Positions 46,507-56,485 of a stretch of 64,000 bases of DNA are shown piece by piece (the first letter of the stretch is position 1; each line of letters opens with the position of its first letter). The DNA comes from a virus (taxonomy: Duplodnaviria; Heunggongvirae; Uroviricota; Caudoviricetes). Location: IMG/VR virus record IMGVR_UViG_3300021431_002946, positions 353,291-417,290 of that record, one strand, 5' to 3'. The translations under genes and the position numbers were made by a program. The notes beneath the pieces are model-generated. The model was not told the DNA's origin and made no database searches. It was given only the letters and a program-made list of their open reading frames with translations.

Positions 46507-46746
46507 ATGTCTTTACAAAATGAAAATGCATTAAATGCTTTAAGAATTAGTGTAAAATATATGGAATCTCAATTAGAGGCAACACATAATTATATTGTAA
46601 CTATTCAAAATGGCAGAAATGAAGATTCAAGCGCTTATGCATTAACTGAAGAAATGCAAAAGTTAAGAGATTCATATGCAAATACTATGAGTAATTATAA
46701 AAAATTATGTGAACTTCAAAATGTAGATTTTAATGATATTATTTAA
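46507..46746 (+). CDS. small coiled-coil protein
   Basis: RBS AAAGGAG. Confidence 0.7.
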   Translation: MSLQNENALNALRISVKYMESQLEATHNYIVTIQNGRNEDSSAYALTEEMQKLRDSYANTMSNYKKLCELQNVDFNDII

Positions 46747-46758
46747 GGAGGTAATATT

Positions 46759-46962
46759 ATGAAAAAGATAATAAAGTCTCGTAAAGGTTTTACTTTAGTA
46801 GAAATGGTTCTTACTATTGCTATAATTGTTATTCTTGCTGCAGTTTTAATACTTGGTATTGGTACATATCTTAATAAAGCAAAGGCTGCCGCTTCTTCTG
46901 TAACACATCATAATTCTTCTATTTCTATTCTCACAAGTGAGATTGATGACGCAATGCAATAA
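46759..46962 (+). CDS. type IV prepilin-like peptide
   Basis: basic leader KSRK-G|FTLVE plus hydrophobic helix. Confidence 0.9.
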   Translation: MKKIIKSRKGFTLVEMVLTIAIIVILAAVLILGIGTYLNKAKAAASSVTHHNSSISILTSEIDDAMQ

Positions 46963-47008
46963 GTTTATTATAAAAAATTAATTAAAATAAATTAAGGAGA
47001 AACTAATT

Positions 47009-47359
47009 ATGGAAAGAAATGATGTTATAAAAGTTTATGATACTTTTTTAAAATATTTTGAAAATATTATGGCTAAAGGTGGTTTAGGAAGACTAGATGG
47101 TGATACCAGTCCTATGGATTGGGAACCTCAATTAAAAGCATTTCCTATATTAACTGATGATGATATAGCAAATATAAAAGATCATTCTACTAATGATATT
47201 GATACTTGTATAAAATTTATTATGTTTTATTCTTTTTATATAGTATCTGAACCAGATATATTTGATATTATTCGTTTTGTTAAAGATGAAACTAATATTC
47301 AATTAGATACAGATACAATTAAAAGAATGCAAATTTTTATGAATGAATTATATAATTAA
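47009..47359 (+). CDS. hypothetical protein
   Basis: RBS AAGGAG. Confidence 0.7.
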   Translation: MERNDVIKVYDTFLKYFENIMAKGGLGRLDGDTSPMDWEPQLKAFPILTDDDIANIKDHSTNDIDTCIKFIMFYSFYIVSEPDIFDIIRFVKDETNIQLDTDTIKRMQIFMNELYN

Positions 47360-47455
47360 AGAAAATATATTTATATAAAGAAATTTTATAAATTATGAAA
47401 TTAAATTTAAAAATCCACTTAAATAATTATATTAATAATTAAAAGGAGTTACATT

Positions 47456-47872
47456 ATGGAAAGTAAAGATATTGAACAGTTTAAGAAAGACCTTAAAGAC
47501 AAATTAAATAGTGAACTTGAGTATTATGATTTTGAAATTACTCCTGCTTGCACAAAATGGGTTAATAGTGTAGTTGATTATTATGTAGATTTTGGAGATT
47601 TTGAAAATAATGATCTTAAAACAGCTATTGATATTATAATTGATGAATCAGATGAAATGGAAGAAGATAGTTGTTTTGAATGGCCAACTTTAGCAGAATC
47701 TGCAGTTATTGTAGGTCGAGCGTTAAAAGATGATTCTAGTCATTTTATGTATATAACAGATGCTCTTAATATGTCTATGAGTCCTGATGATTGTTTTAGA
47801 GCTGAATGGTTCTGGGAAGGTAGTATAAGACCCTCAATTTTAGACTTTATTAAAGATTATACGCTTGATTAA
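47456..47872 (+). CDS. acidic hypothetical protein
   Basis: RBS AAGGAG. Confidence 0.7.
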   Translation: MESKDIEQFKKDLKDKLNSELEYYDFEITPACTKWVNSVVDYYVDFGDFENNDLKTAIDIIIDESDEMEEDSCFEWPTLAESAVIVGRALKDDSSHFMYITDALNMSMSPDDCFRAEWFWEGSIRPSILDFIKDYTLD

Positions 47873-47883
47873 GGAGAATTATT

Positions 47884-48456
47884 ATGGGACACGCTATTGG
47901 TGGCGGATTTTTAAATGCTAAAACTAAAGAGCAGGCTATGAAAGAAGGTTTAGCAGATGCTTGTGAATTTGCTGCGTATAATGTAGATCGATATGAAGAT
48001 CCTTCTGGCTCTTATCATGGAAATTTTAGATTTTATGATAAAGTTTTTAATTCTGAAGAAGAAGCTGAAGAATTTTTTGATAGTTTAGGTTCTTATTGTG
48101 ATGGCGTATGTATGGTTAAAGAAGGCGGAAAAGGTGCTAAAAATAGATACGCTAAAAAAGTAGAATCTATTCATAAAAAGCAAAGAGAATTCTTTAATAA
48201 AGTAATCGAAAAATTTAAAGAAAGAACTTCAAAATCTGTAGGCTGTAAAAAATGTGGAACTAGAGTTGCAAGTGATATAGCACTTAAAAGAAATTTAAGA
48301 TGTCCTAATTGTGGTAATTGGATGGTACCTGATAATGTAAAAGAAAAATATAATAAATTTGATGAACAATTAGCTTTAGCGAAGAAACAATATAATAAAG
48401 ATTGTGCAGAATCTGGTAAAATTAGATATTGGGCAAAATATGAAGTTCATTGTTGA
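47884..48456 (+). CDS. zinc-ribbon phage protein
   Basis: CKKCG...CPNCG, C-terminal HC. Confidence 0.7.
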   Translation: MGHAIGGGFLNAKTKEQAMKEGLADACEFAAYNVDRYEDPSGSYHGNFRFYDKVFNSEEEAEEFFDSLGSYCDGVCMVKEGGKGAKNRYAKKVESIHKKQREFFNKVIEKFKERTSKSVGCKKCGTRVASDIALKRNLRCPNCGNWMVPDNVKEKYNKFDEQLALAKKQYNKDCAESGKIRYWAKYEVHC

Positions 48457-48598
48457 GGTAATATATAATTTATTCAGTTGTTTTGAATACAAATGAAACA
48501 CTTTTAATTATTTAATAAATCAAAAAGTAATTAGAAATAATCCTGAATTATTAAGATTTGCCGATAATATTTTATCTATTGAATAAGGAGAAATAAAA

Positions 48599-48796
48599 AT
48601 GTATTATTTACTTGTAGATAATAAAGATATTCCTTTTGATGGAGTAGTTCAATCAAATAAAACCGCAGAAGAAGTTCAAAAGATTGTTGATTCATTACTG
48701 TCACAAGGAGTTGCAGGTAGTGAATTAATTGATGCATTAGAAGAATATGGTATAAAATATGTACATTTAGAAGATGATCATATTATTATAGAATGA
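48599..48796 (+). CDS. hypothetical protein
   Basis: RBS AAGGAG. Confidence 0.65.
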   Translation: MYYLLVDNKDIPFDGVVQSNKTAEEVQKIVDSLLSQGVAGSELIDALEEYGIKYVHLEDDHIIIE

Positions 48797-48804
48797 GGTA
48801 ATAT

Positions 48805-49140
48805 ATGTACTGGAAAGAATTATTTAAAGATAAAAAGATGGAAATTGTAGATAGTTTTACTGGTGAAGTAGATTGTGATTATTATAATAATTCTGATGAT
48901 ATGATTAGCTTTGATGTATATTCTGATGAATTAGAACAATACGGTTATTTTCAAGGTCAAGCAATTTTTGAAGAAATAACAACTAAACGAATTTTAGATA
49001 TGAATCTTAAAACTGGCGATAGAGTTAATTTAGATATTTATAAAGCATCTCCTGAAGATTATGCTGAAGTTATGAATATACCTTTAGACAAAGTAAACAA
49101 ATATGAGTTATATTTTGTAGACATTGTTGACAAATATTAA
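48805..49140 (+). CDS. acidic hypothetical protein
   Basis: RBS GAGGT. Confidence 0.65.
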   Translation: MYWKELFKDKKMEIVDSFTGEVDCDYYNNSDDMISFDVYSDELEQYGYFQGQAIFEEITTKRILDMNLKTGDRVNLDIYKASPEDYAEVMNIPLDKVNKYELYFVDIVDKY

Positions 49141-49222
49141 AGGAGTTTTATATGTTAAAAGATTATGAATTAAGTAAAGCGCTTGATATTATTGAAAAAT
49201 GGTGTTTAGAAAATAATTTTAC

Positions 49223-50546
49223 ACAAAGACTAGGTAGAAAGATTCCACCTTTCAAGGTGGGATATGAATACCATAAATCTTTTTAGTTTAACTTTTAATA
49301 ATACATATATTATAATTAAAATATACTTTAGAAAGGAGCTAAAGCTCATGATTAAACAAAATAAAGCAGTTGAGCTTCGGCTCTACCCTAACAAAGAACA
49401 ACAAGTTCTACTAGCTAAAACTTTCGGTTGCTGCAGAAAAGTCTATAATTTAGCACTTGCTGAATCTATTGAATCTTATAAGCAAAATGGTAAATTTGAA
49501 CATTCAAACTACATTACATATAGAGAACAATTCCCATTTTTAGGTGAGGTTGAAGCTCAGGCACTTAATCAATCACTTCAAAACTTAAAATCTGCTTTTA
49601 AGAATCGGTTTTCTAAAACTGCTAAAAGACAAACTGGGTTCCCGAAGTTTAGATCCAAAAGAGATAGACAATCTTATCGTACTTGTATGCCAAGTCCTAA
49701 TGCACTACAAGACAGTTATCTTAAACTACCTAGAATTGGTAAAGTTAAATTTAGAGCAAAACCAAAAGTTCAAAATAATTGGAAGTTAAAATCCATAACA
49801 GTTAGTAAATCACCGACAGGAAAATATCATGCAAGTTTATTGTATGAATTTTATGTTGAAGAACCGCATAATGAATTAAATATTTATAACTCTATAGGAT
49901 TAGATTATAAATCAAATGGTTTGTTTGTTGATAACCAAGGTAACGAATCTGATTATCCTAAGTTCTATAGATTGTATGAGCAAAAGTTAGCTTTTGAGCA
50001 AAGAAAACTTTCTCATATGAAAAGAGGTTCTAACAACTATTATAAGCAAAAACTTAAAATAGCAAAAGTTCATGAAAAGATTGCAAATTGTAGAAAAGAC
50101 TTTCTGCATAAGCTCTCATATCTTTATGCTAAAAATTATGATTATGTTTTTGTGGAAAATTTAAACATGCAGAATATGAAGTCATTTCTTCACTTAGGAA
50201 AATCAACAAGTGATAATGGTTTTGGTATGTTTAGGTCTATGCTAGAGTACAAACTACAAGACAGAGGCAAAGTCTTTCACAAGATAGACAAGTGGTATGC
50301 TTCAAGTACAACTTGTTCTAATTGTGGAACTAAACACAAAGAGATTGTTAACAGTTTAGCGGTTCGTAAATGGGTTTGTCCTACTTGTGGCTGTTCTCAT
50401 AACAGAGATGTCAATGCTGCAGTTAATATAAGGCAGCAAGGTATAAAAGAAATAACCGTAGGGACTACGGGGTTAGCTTGTTTAGGCTTAGTGCATTAGC
50501 ACTATCGAACAAGAAGATTCCACTCTTTAGGGTGGGGTTAGTTCAC
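49223..50546 (+). mobile_element. tnpB-only (IS1341-type) IS200/IS605 element
   Basis: TTAC target at 49219-49222, guide AAAG at +16..+19, matching LE/RE hairpins ATTCCAC..GTGGG, RE guide GAAG and terminal TCAC. Confidence 0.92.
49348..50499 (+). CDS. tnpB: TnpB RNA-guided endonuclease
   Basis: RBS AAGGAG; ELRLYPN, GLDY / VENL / RDVNAAVNI, CSNCG..CPTCG. Confidence 0.95.
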   Translation: MIKQNKAVELRLYPNKEQQVLLAKTFGCCRKVYNLALAESIESYKQNGKFEHSNYITYREQFPFLGEVEAQALNQSLQNLKSAFKNRFSKTAKRQTGFPKFRSKRDRQSYRTCMPSPNALQDSYLKLPRIGKVKFRAKPKVQNNWKLKSITVSKSPTGKYHASLLYEFYVEEPHNELNIYNSIGLDYKSNGLFVDNQGNESDYPKFYRLYEQKLAFEQRKLSHMKRGSNNYYKQKLKIAKVHEKIANCRKDFLHKLSYLYAKNYDYVFVENLNMQNMKSFLHLGKSTSDNGFGMFRSMLEYKLQDRGKVFHKIDKWYASSTTCSNCGTKHKEIVNSLAVRKWVCPTCGCSHNRDVNAAVNIRQQGIKEITVGTTGLACLGLVH

Positions 50547-50873
50547 TGAAAATAATTCTTATATGTACAGCGAAAAGCCAGAATATCATAGATCTGAAAC
50601 AAGTATTCAAATTAATTTTGTAAATGATTTAGGTTTAAAATATACTGTAACAATAAATAATGGAGTAGGTTTTGATATTACAAAAACTGAATTTGGAAAA
50701 GGCGAAAATGAATATGGTCAAACAGTTGAAAAAGAATGGCTTTATCAATATTCTCCAATCAATGAATTAAATATTGATTCATTTATATTAATTCAAAGTT
50801 GGTTTATTCAAAATAGTAATTTTACAAAATTTCCAAATGTAAGAGATTTAATAGTTTATAGAGGTAATAATTA

Positions 50874-51215
50874 ATGTTTTTAGTTATAACATTTAATCAT
50901 CCTTATGGAGCAAAAAATATTGTATATATTCCAAATGATGATCCAGAGACAATAAAAGATGCTATTGAAAATAGTATAGATGAATATCCTTTTATATTTT
51001 TTAAAAATGATGAAATATTTGATTTAGACTATATTGAAGATCTTTTTAGTGATAATGAAAAATGTTTAGATGAAACTGGTAAATTTAATTTGGATATTTT
51101 TAATAAAAAATTAGATAATAACGAAATTAATCTTTGTGGTGTTGAACGAATTGGATCTGTAGAAATAATTGATGAAAATTATTTAAAACTTGATAAAAAT
51201 GGAGATATAATATAA
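50874..51215 (+). CDS. hypothetical protein
   Basis: RBS GAGGT. Confidence 0.65.
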   Translation: MFLVITFNHPYGAKNIVYIPNDDPETIKDAIENSIDEYPFIFFKNDEIFDLDYIEDLFSDNEKCLDETGKFNLDIFNKKLDNNEINLCGVERIGSVEIIDENYLKLDKNGDII

Positions 51216-51261
51216 TATAAAATAATAAATATAGATATAGATGATGAAGGTGACATTTATT

Positions 51262-51280
51262 AAAGGCTATTTAAATTAAT
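51262..51280 (+). promoter_or_regulatory. class-2 motif, copy 5
   Basis: AAAGGCTATTTAAATTAAT. Confidence 0.5.
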
Positions 51281-51298
51281 AGTATGAATGCGCACAAT

Positions 51299-51331
51299 GC
51301 CCAAGTCTTTAAAAGATTTGGGTATTTTTTT
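51299..51331 (+). terminator. intrinsic terminator ~20 nt after the class-2 motif
   Basis: GCCCAAGTCT-ttaaa-AGATTTGGGT plus T7. Confidence 0.75.
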
Positions 51332-51347
51332 AAGGAGGATAAATAAA

Positions 51348-52076
51348 ATGGCAGTAGCTCGTAAATTAGTTAAGAAAAAGAAGGCATTTGTAATAAATTT
51401 TGATACATTAGATCAAATGGAATCAATTGAACCTGGAATAAAAGAAGCAATAAAGTATGATTCAGATAGTAAACAATTTTTACTTGATAGTGTTGAAATG
51501 GGTCATTTTGGTAATATTGCTCAAATGGGAGATGTAGTTGCATATGAAGTTGTTTCAGATTGCAAAGAATGTCCTACAGGTTATAATTTATGGTGTATGG
51601 GAAATGTTGATAAAGCTTCTCAAAGAGTAACCATAAAATCTGAAACAGAGATCTATACTAAACCAACTTCTGATGATATTATTTTCTTTAGTGATGTTAA
51701 AGAAGCAATTGAATTTATTAATGAACATTCATCTGAAGGTTATTTTGAAAAGAATGTAATTATCGACGAAGAAGGTAATATTACAATTCATACAAAATAT
51801 GGAGATGCTAAAGGTAAAATTGGAAATTGTTATATTATTTGTCATAAACCAGATAGTTTACAGCTTATTACTTTAGGAACTCCATCATTAGATGATTATT
51901 ATATTTTTGAACCATATAATATGTCTGTTCAAAAAGCAAATGAATATAAAAAAATAGTTGCTAATACAAAAATAAAATTTAATCAGAATAATTGGACTCA
52001 TATTACAAATGCAACTCATAATGATGATAAAAAGTATAAAGATATAAAATATACTAAATCAGATAATTTAATTTAA
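51348..52076 (+). CDS. hypothetical protein
   Basis: start re-assigned after RBS AAGGAGG. Confidence 0.7.
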   Translation: MAVARKLVKKKKAFVINFDTLDQMESIEPGIKEAIKYDSDSKQFLLDSVEMGHFGNIAQMGDVVAYEVVSDCKECPTGYNLWCMGNVDKASQRVTIKSETEIYTKPTSDDIIFFSDVKEAIEFINEHSSEGYFEKNVIIDEEGNITIHTKYGDAKGKIGNCYIICHKPDSLQLITLGTPSLDDYYIFEPYNMSVQKANEYKKIVANTKIKFNQNNWTHITNATHNDDKKYKDIKYTKSDNLI

Positions 52077-52086
52077 GGAGTTAATT

Positions 52087-53010
52087 ATGTATTTAGATAA
52101 AGATAGACTTTTTGATGATTTGGTGAATATTGCAAAAAGTTGGCAAAGTAATTTTCATAATACAAAAGAAATAGGTTCATACTTAACTTCAACATGTAAA
52201 AGTGTTTGGAATAAAAAAAGTATAATTACTCATATAGAAAAAGGTTGGGACGAAGAAGATAAAGAAAAACAATTTTATGTATATGATAGTAATGGATTTT
52301 ATTATTATTTTGATAAAACAAAAAAGATTTTTTATTTAGTAGAAACAATTAATGATATGTTTATGGGCGCTCATCAAATGTTATTAGATTTTAAAAATGA
52401 TGAGTATCATTGGGATTTATTTTTTATATTTTCAAAAGATAAAACATCTGATTATTTAGACGCAGGAGATATTACAAATCTTACTGATGAAAATACAGAT
52501 TTTAAGAGCCATAATAGCAAAGATGTTTTTAAGATATTAAATTATTGGAGTGAGCCTGGTTGGTATGAAAATAGAGAAGACTTTGTTGAAAAAATTCTTA
52601 ATAAAAAAGATACTTATTATATAGAATCTCAAGTTGAAAAAGTAACAAAAGATTTTATTTATAAAATAAATGATTCTAAAAAATTAAAAATAGAAATGTA
52701 TAATTATAATAATATTGACGAATATTTTAATGATGATTCAAATGATTCATATGAAAATCATGAATCTATAAATATTATTTCTATTGACACTAAAGAGACT
52801 ATTATCTCTTTTGAAAAAGCTATAATTAATGATGAAAAAGTTTGTAAATTTATAGTTAATGTAACTAATATGGATGGAGATAATTTTAGTGTTAATGCTA
52901 TTCTTAAAACAAAAGAGCAATTAAATCAATTAGTTGTAAATACTGCAAATGCATTAAAACAATATCCAGAATTTAGCAAATATGCTGAAGATTTAGAAAG
53001 TTGTATATAA
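52087..53010 (+). CDS. hypothetical protein
   Basis: RBS AAGGAG. Confidence 0.7.
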   Translation: MYLDKDRLFDDLVNIAKSWQSNFHNTKEIGSYLTSTCKSVWNKKSIITHIEKGWDEEDKEKQFYVYDSNGFYYYFDKTKKIFYLVETINDMFMGAHQMLLDFKNDEYHWDLFFIFSKDKTSDYLDAGDITNLTDENTDFKSHNSKDVFKILNYWSEPGWYENREDFVEKILNKKDTYYIESQVEKVTKDFIYKINDSKKLKIEMYNYNNIDEYFNDDSNDSYENHESINIISIDTKETIISFEKAIINDEKVCKFIVNVTNMDGDNFSVNAILKTKEQLNQLVVNTANALKQYPEFSKYAEDLESCI

Positions 53011-53020
53011 GGAGAATATT

Positions 53021-53401
53021 ATGACAAAAGAAGATTTTATTGGAGAACTTAATGGTTTTTATATATATAACGCGGAATTGACATACAGATGTGATTCTAC
53101 AGATGAATATGATGGTGATCCAGATGATGTAGATATTGATGATGTAGATCCATATGAAATACTTGCGTATAGTTTAGAAGAAGAAAATTTTACAAAAGAA
53201 GAAATAGAAGAACTTGCAAATGCATATAAAAATAATACAAATGTTAATGAAAAACTTATGTATAAATTTTTAGCTTTTGTATATTATGATTCTAATATTG
53301 ATAGAATAAAAACAAACATTAAAAAGCATGAATTTTCTAATGTTGAAAATTATACAGACGAAGATTTTGAACAAATAGTTGCAGCTTTAAAATTTTTTTA
53401 A
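53021..53401 (+). CDS. acidic hypothetical protein
   Basis: RBS AAGGAG. Confidence 0.7.
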   Translation: MTKEDFIGELNGFYIYNAELTYRCDSTDEYDGDPDDVDIDDVDPYEILAYSLEEENFTKEEIEELANAYKNNTNVNEKLMYKFLAFVYYDSNIDRIKTNIKKHEFSNVENYTDEDFEQIVAALKFF

Positions 53402-53650
53402 GGAGCAAAATATAATAGAACAAGAAAAATAATGATGACGATGGTTGGGATCCAGTAGAAGATTATGAAGAAATAGATAATAAAACATTTAAAACAATTA
53501 ATGTCGCATTTAAATTTTTCTATAATATTATAAATGATACTACTGATTTATATCATGGTTATGATAGTGAAAAATTAGATGATTTTATTACATATACAAT
53601 TACGTTATATGAAAAATAAAAATATTTAGATAAAGTAGGAGAAATTAACT

Positions 53651-53991
53651 ATGTTAAAAGCTACTAGAACTAAAGTATATCAAACTGAATTTGGTCCATT
53701 TAAAATTACTACATATGAAGGAAAATCTAAAAGAAGAAATGGTTATACTGGTAAAAAAGAATGGTACAAATTAAAGATACTGGCGGAGTTTTTGAAGAAT
53801 GGCCTAATGCCATATATTTCTTTATTGAAAGAGATGGTCAAAATAGATGTGTAGCAAGTTCACAAGGTGAAGATTCTTATGAATGGATAAAATCTATTCA
53901 TGCTAGAAATTATGACGATGCATTAAGAAAAACAAATGATGCAGTTGTAAAAGCATTTAGAGATTATTATGATGACGACTCTATTATTTAA
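53651..53991 (+). pseudogene. probable single gene frameshifted at an A6 tract (53753-53758)
   Basis: overlapping ORFs 53651 and 53761; one extra A fuses them (..GYTGKKRMVQIKD..); the second ATG has no clear RBS. Confidence 0.5.
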
Positions 53992-54000
53992 GGAGATACT

Positions 54001-54318
54001 ATGGAAAATATAATTATTAATGATCAAAATGCTAAACAAGTTATAGAAGGTATTTTAGAAAAATATCCAAATATAAGAAGTGAAAGTGATTATCAAAATT
54101 GGTATAAAATTTATATAAAGGCAAAAAGTAGTGCAAGTTTTGAAGAAACATTAAAATCTATTATTTTAAGACATTTAACTAAGGATGTTGATCAAATAAT
54201 TAAAATAAGAGATGTTTATAAACAACCAGATATGTCAAGAATATTTGAAAGAGAATCATGTGTTCAAGCAGTTGTAGCATTTGATATTTTAGAAAAAGAA
54301 GTATATGGAGAAGAATAA
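54001..54318 (+). CDS. hypothetical protein
   Basis: RBS AAGGAG. Confidence 0.7.
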   Translation: MENIIINDQNAKQVIEGILEKYPNIRSESDYQNWYKIYIKAKSSASFEETLKSIILRHLTKDVDQIIKIRDVYKQPDMSRIFERESCVQAVVAFDILEKEVYGEE

Positions 54319-54806
54319 TGTTATCAATAAGAAAAGGTCAGTTTGAAACTAATAGTTCAAGTTGTCATGTATTTATATATGATAAAAAAGATAATGTGGA
54401 AGTACCATCTGTTGTTGAATTAAAAACAGAAGAAGCAGATGATCCATTAAATGTATATTTTTATGATAAATATATTTGGTTTAAAATGGATGTTGAAAGA
54501 TGTCCTGCTACTTTGCTTGACCAAACTGATATGATTGGTTTTCTTAAAGACTTATATTCTATAGGTGTGTCAACAATTATTTGTAAAGATAAATATATTA
54601 CAAGTTTAATTGAAATGATTAAAAATGGTGAAGAGCTTAATGGTTGGGGATTTATAAGAGAACCTGGTGATAAAGAATTATTAAAAATTATTTTATTTAG
54701 TCCAAATAATATAATTGATACAGTATCAGACGATTATGATATGAAAAAATATGTACAAAAAAAGTATGGTAAAAATAAATCATTTATCGCGTATAGATTA
54801 ACTTGA
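54318..54806 (+). CDS. phage protein with RxxxFETNSSS motif
   Basis: MLSIRKGQFETNSSSCH. Confidence 0.7.
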   Translation: MLSIRKGQFETNSSSCHVFIYDKKDNVEVPSVVELKTEEADDPLNVYFYDKYIWFKMDVERCPATLLDQTDMIGFLKDLYSIGVSTIICKDKYITSLIEMIKNGEELNGWGFIREPGDKELLKIILFSPNNIIDTVSDDYDMKKYVQKKYGKNKSFIAYRLT

Positions 54807-54815
54807 GGAGTAAGT

Positions 54816-55049
54816 ATGACTGACGAAGAAAGATTACAAAATACAATTGAATGTATTGAAATGTATGCAAAAACTTTAAGCCGTTATTGTAATGATATAG
54901 TTGAAGCAAAAAATAAAATCAATGATCCAAAAGAATTAGCAAAAAGGCTTGATTTATATATGGATGGTGTAAGATATAATAATAAAAAAATTTCGTCTTG
55001 TTATAAAAAATTATGTGATATGACAGATTATGATCCAGAATATGAATAA
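54816..55049 (+). CDS. small helical protein
   Basis: RBS GAGGAG. Confidence 0.65.
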   Translation: MTDEERLQNTIECIEMYAKTLSRYCNDIVEAKNKINDPKELAKRLDLYMDGVRYNNKKISSCYKKLCDMTDYDPEYE

Positions 55050-55067
55050 ATTAAAAGGAGAATAAAT

Positions 55068-55481
55068 ATGGCAAATCCAACTTTACGACAACTTATGCAT
55101 GCTAAATGGTTAAATTTTGATAAAAATAATTTTGTTCAATATGGTATTATTCGTACCGATTTTATGATTAGTAAATTAAATGCGTTACCTGATAGAGATA
55201 AAGAACAAATATATGATATTGTTGGTCATGGAGATCGTGTTAAAGGTGAACAATTAATGCAATCACATGAAGTAGGTCGAGATGAACTTATACAATGTTT
55301 AACAAAAGTCTTTCCTAGATGCGGTGAAAATGAAATAGAAAGTATTAATCGTACTGCAATAGTAATTAGACACTTTAATATATATTTTGGTGGTGAATTT
55401 AATCTTGAAGATTGGTATGTTTATGAATTAGATTTTGCAAATCATAAATTATACCTTATAGAACCAAGTTTAACAAATTAA
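55068..55481 (+). CDS. hypothetical protein
   Basis: RBS AAGGAG. Confidence 0.7.
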   Translation: MANPTLRQLMHAKWLNFDKNNFVQYGIIRTDFMISKLNALPDRDKEQIYDIVGHGDRVKGEQLMQSHEVGRDELIQCLTKVFPRCGENEIESINRTAIVIRHFNIYFGGEFNLEDWYVYELDFANHKLYLIEPSLTN

Positions 55482-55503
55482 TTTATATTGGGAGGAAACT
55501 TAT

Positions 55504-56019
55504 ATGTTAGAAATATATGGAGAAAAGTTAAATAACTCAATGTTATTTGAAATTAAAGAAAAATCAGTTACTGAGGATATTATAAAATTAATAGTAAAAA
55601 AGATACATTCAAATAACGTTTTTAATGTTTGTACAGTTTATAATTTTATTATAAAAGATATTGTGGCTACTAGTAATGGAATTGAAATTACAATTAGTAG
55701 CGCAGAAGATAATATGGAATTTTCAACTAATAATAAAAAATCAGTAACAAAAGAATTAGTTGAAGATTTTTATGAAGATTTTAATGATATTATTTATAAT
55801 GTATTAGTAAATTTTCTTAAATCTGAAAAAGAAAAATTACAAAGTAAAAAGAAAATTACAAAATCTGATCAAGTATTATTAGATTTTTTAAATACAAAAT
55901 ATAGAATAGTTCCAGAGAAACCAGAAATATATAAAGCTAGAGTATCAGCTCAAATATATAATACATTAAATGAAATTGATGATGATCTTGTATATAATGC
56001 GGATTTCTTTAAAGATTAA
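55504..56019 (+). CDS. hypothetical protein
   Basis: RBS GGAGG. Confidence 0.7.
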   Translation: MLEIYGEKLNNSMLFEIKEKSVTEDIIKLIVKKIHSNNVFNVCTVYNFIIKDIVATSNGIEITISSAEDNMEFSTNNKKSVTKELVEDFYEDFNDIIYNVLVNFLKSEKEKLQSKKKITKSDQVLLDFLNTKYRIVPEKPEIYKARVSAQIYNTLNEIDDDLVYNADFFKD

Positions 56020-56030
56020 GGAGCAATTTT

Positions 56031-56465
56031 ATGAAGAAGCAAAAATTTGAAATTATTAATACAGCGATCGCACATTTTACATATGAAATTGCAGATAAAT
56101 TATTAACTGAAGAAAATATTGAAAATACTATACTTCAGAATTGTCTTAGAGATTTAGATGGAAAAATAAATGGTTTTAGAGTTTATAGTGATTTTAATGA
56201 TAATACATTAACTATTACTATTGGTTTATTAGTAAATAATCATTTTTATAAAATTGGAGAGTCTGAACAAATGCTTTATGATTTAGATGATGCGACTAAA
56301 CAAGATTTATTTGATTTTTCAAATACTATTTCTTCAAAAGTTATTAAAAATTTAAGTTATTTTGCAAGATATAATCCAGAAAAAGGAAATATTGATTGTA
56401 CATTAGATGATAGAAATATGCCTAATAAAATTTGGACAGATATAAGAATTTCTGTAAATTTATAA
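56031..56465 (+). CDS. hypothetical protein
   Basis: RBS AAGGAG. Confidence 0.7.
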   Translation: MKKQKFEIINTAIAHFTYEIADKLLTEENIENTILQNCLRDLDGKINGFRVYSDFNDNTLTITIGLLVNNHFYKIGESEQMLYDLDDATKQDLFDFSNTISSKVIKNLSYFARYNPEKGNIDCTLDDRNMPNKIWTDIRISVNL

Positions 56466-56485
56466 TTTTTTAAGGAGGTACCATT

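Larger units (their letters stand above)
49152..50874 (+). pseudogene. 132-aa gene interrupted by the IS at 49223-50546
   Basis: RBS AAGGAG and ATG 49152; joining 49222 to 50547 restores the frame (..ENNFT-ENNSYMYSEK..) into track ORF 50563-50874. Confidence 0.75.

Noticed and set aside
49209-50557. 10-bp target-site duplication (GAAAATAATT) around the IS
   Set aside because: IS200/IS605 elements do not duplicate targets; the TTAC/AAAG guide rule places the left end at 49223, so the repeat is internal to the gene (ENN-FT-ENN).
51288-51347. N-terminal extension MRTMPK... of ORF 51288
   Set aside because: It overlaps a terminator hairpin; the RBS AAGGAGG points to ATG 51348.
53402-53620. Small ORF remnant after an AAGGAG RBS
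   Set aside because: No start codon in frame with the RBS; probably decayed, too weak to call.
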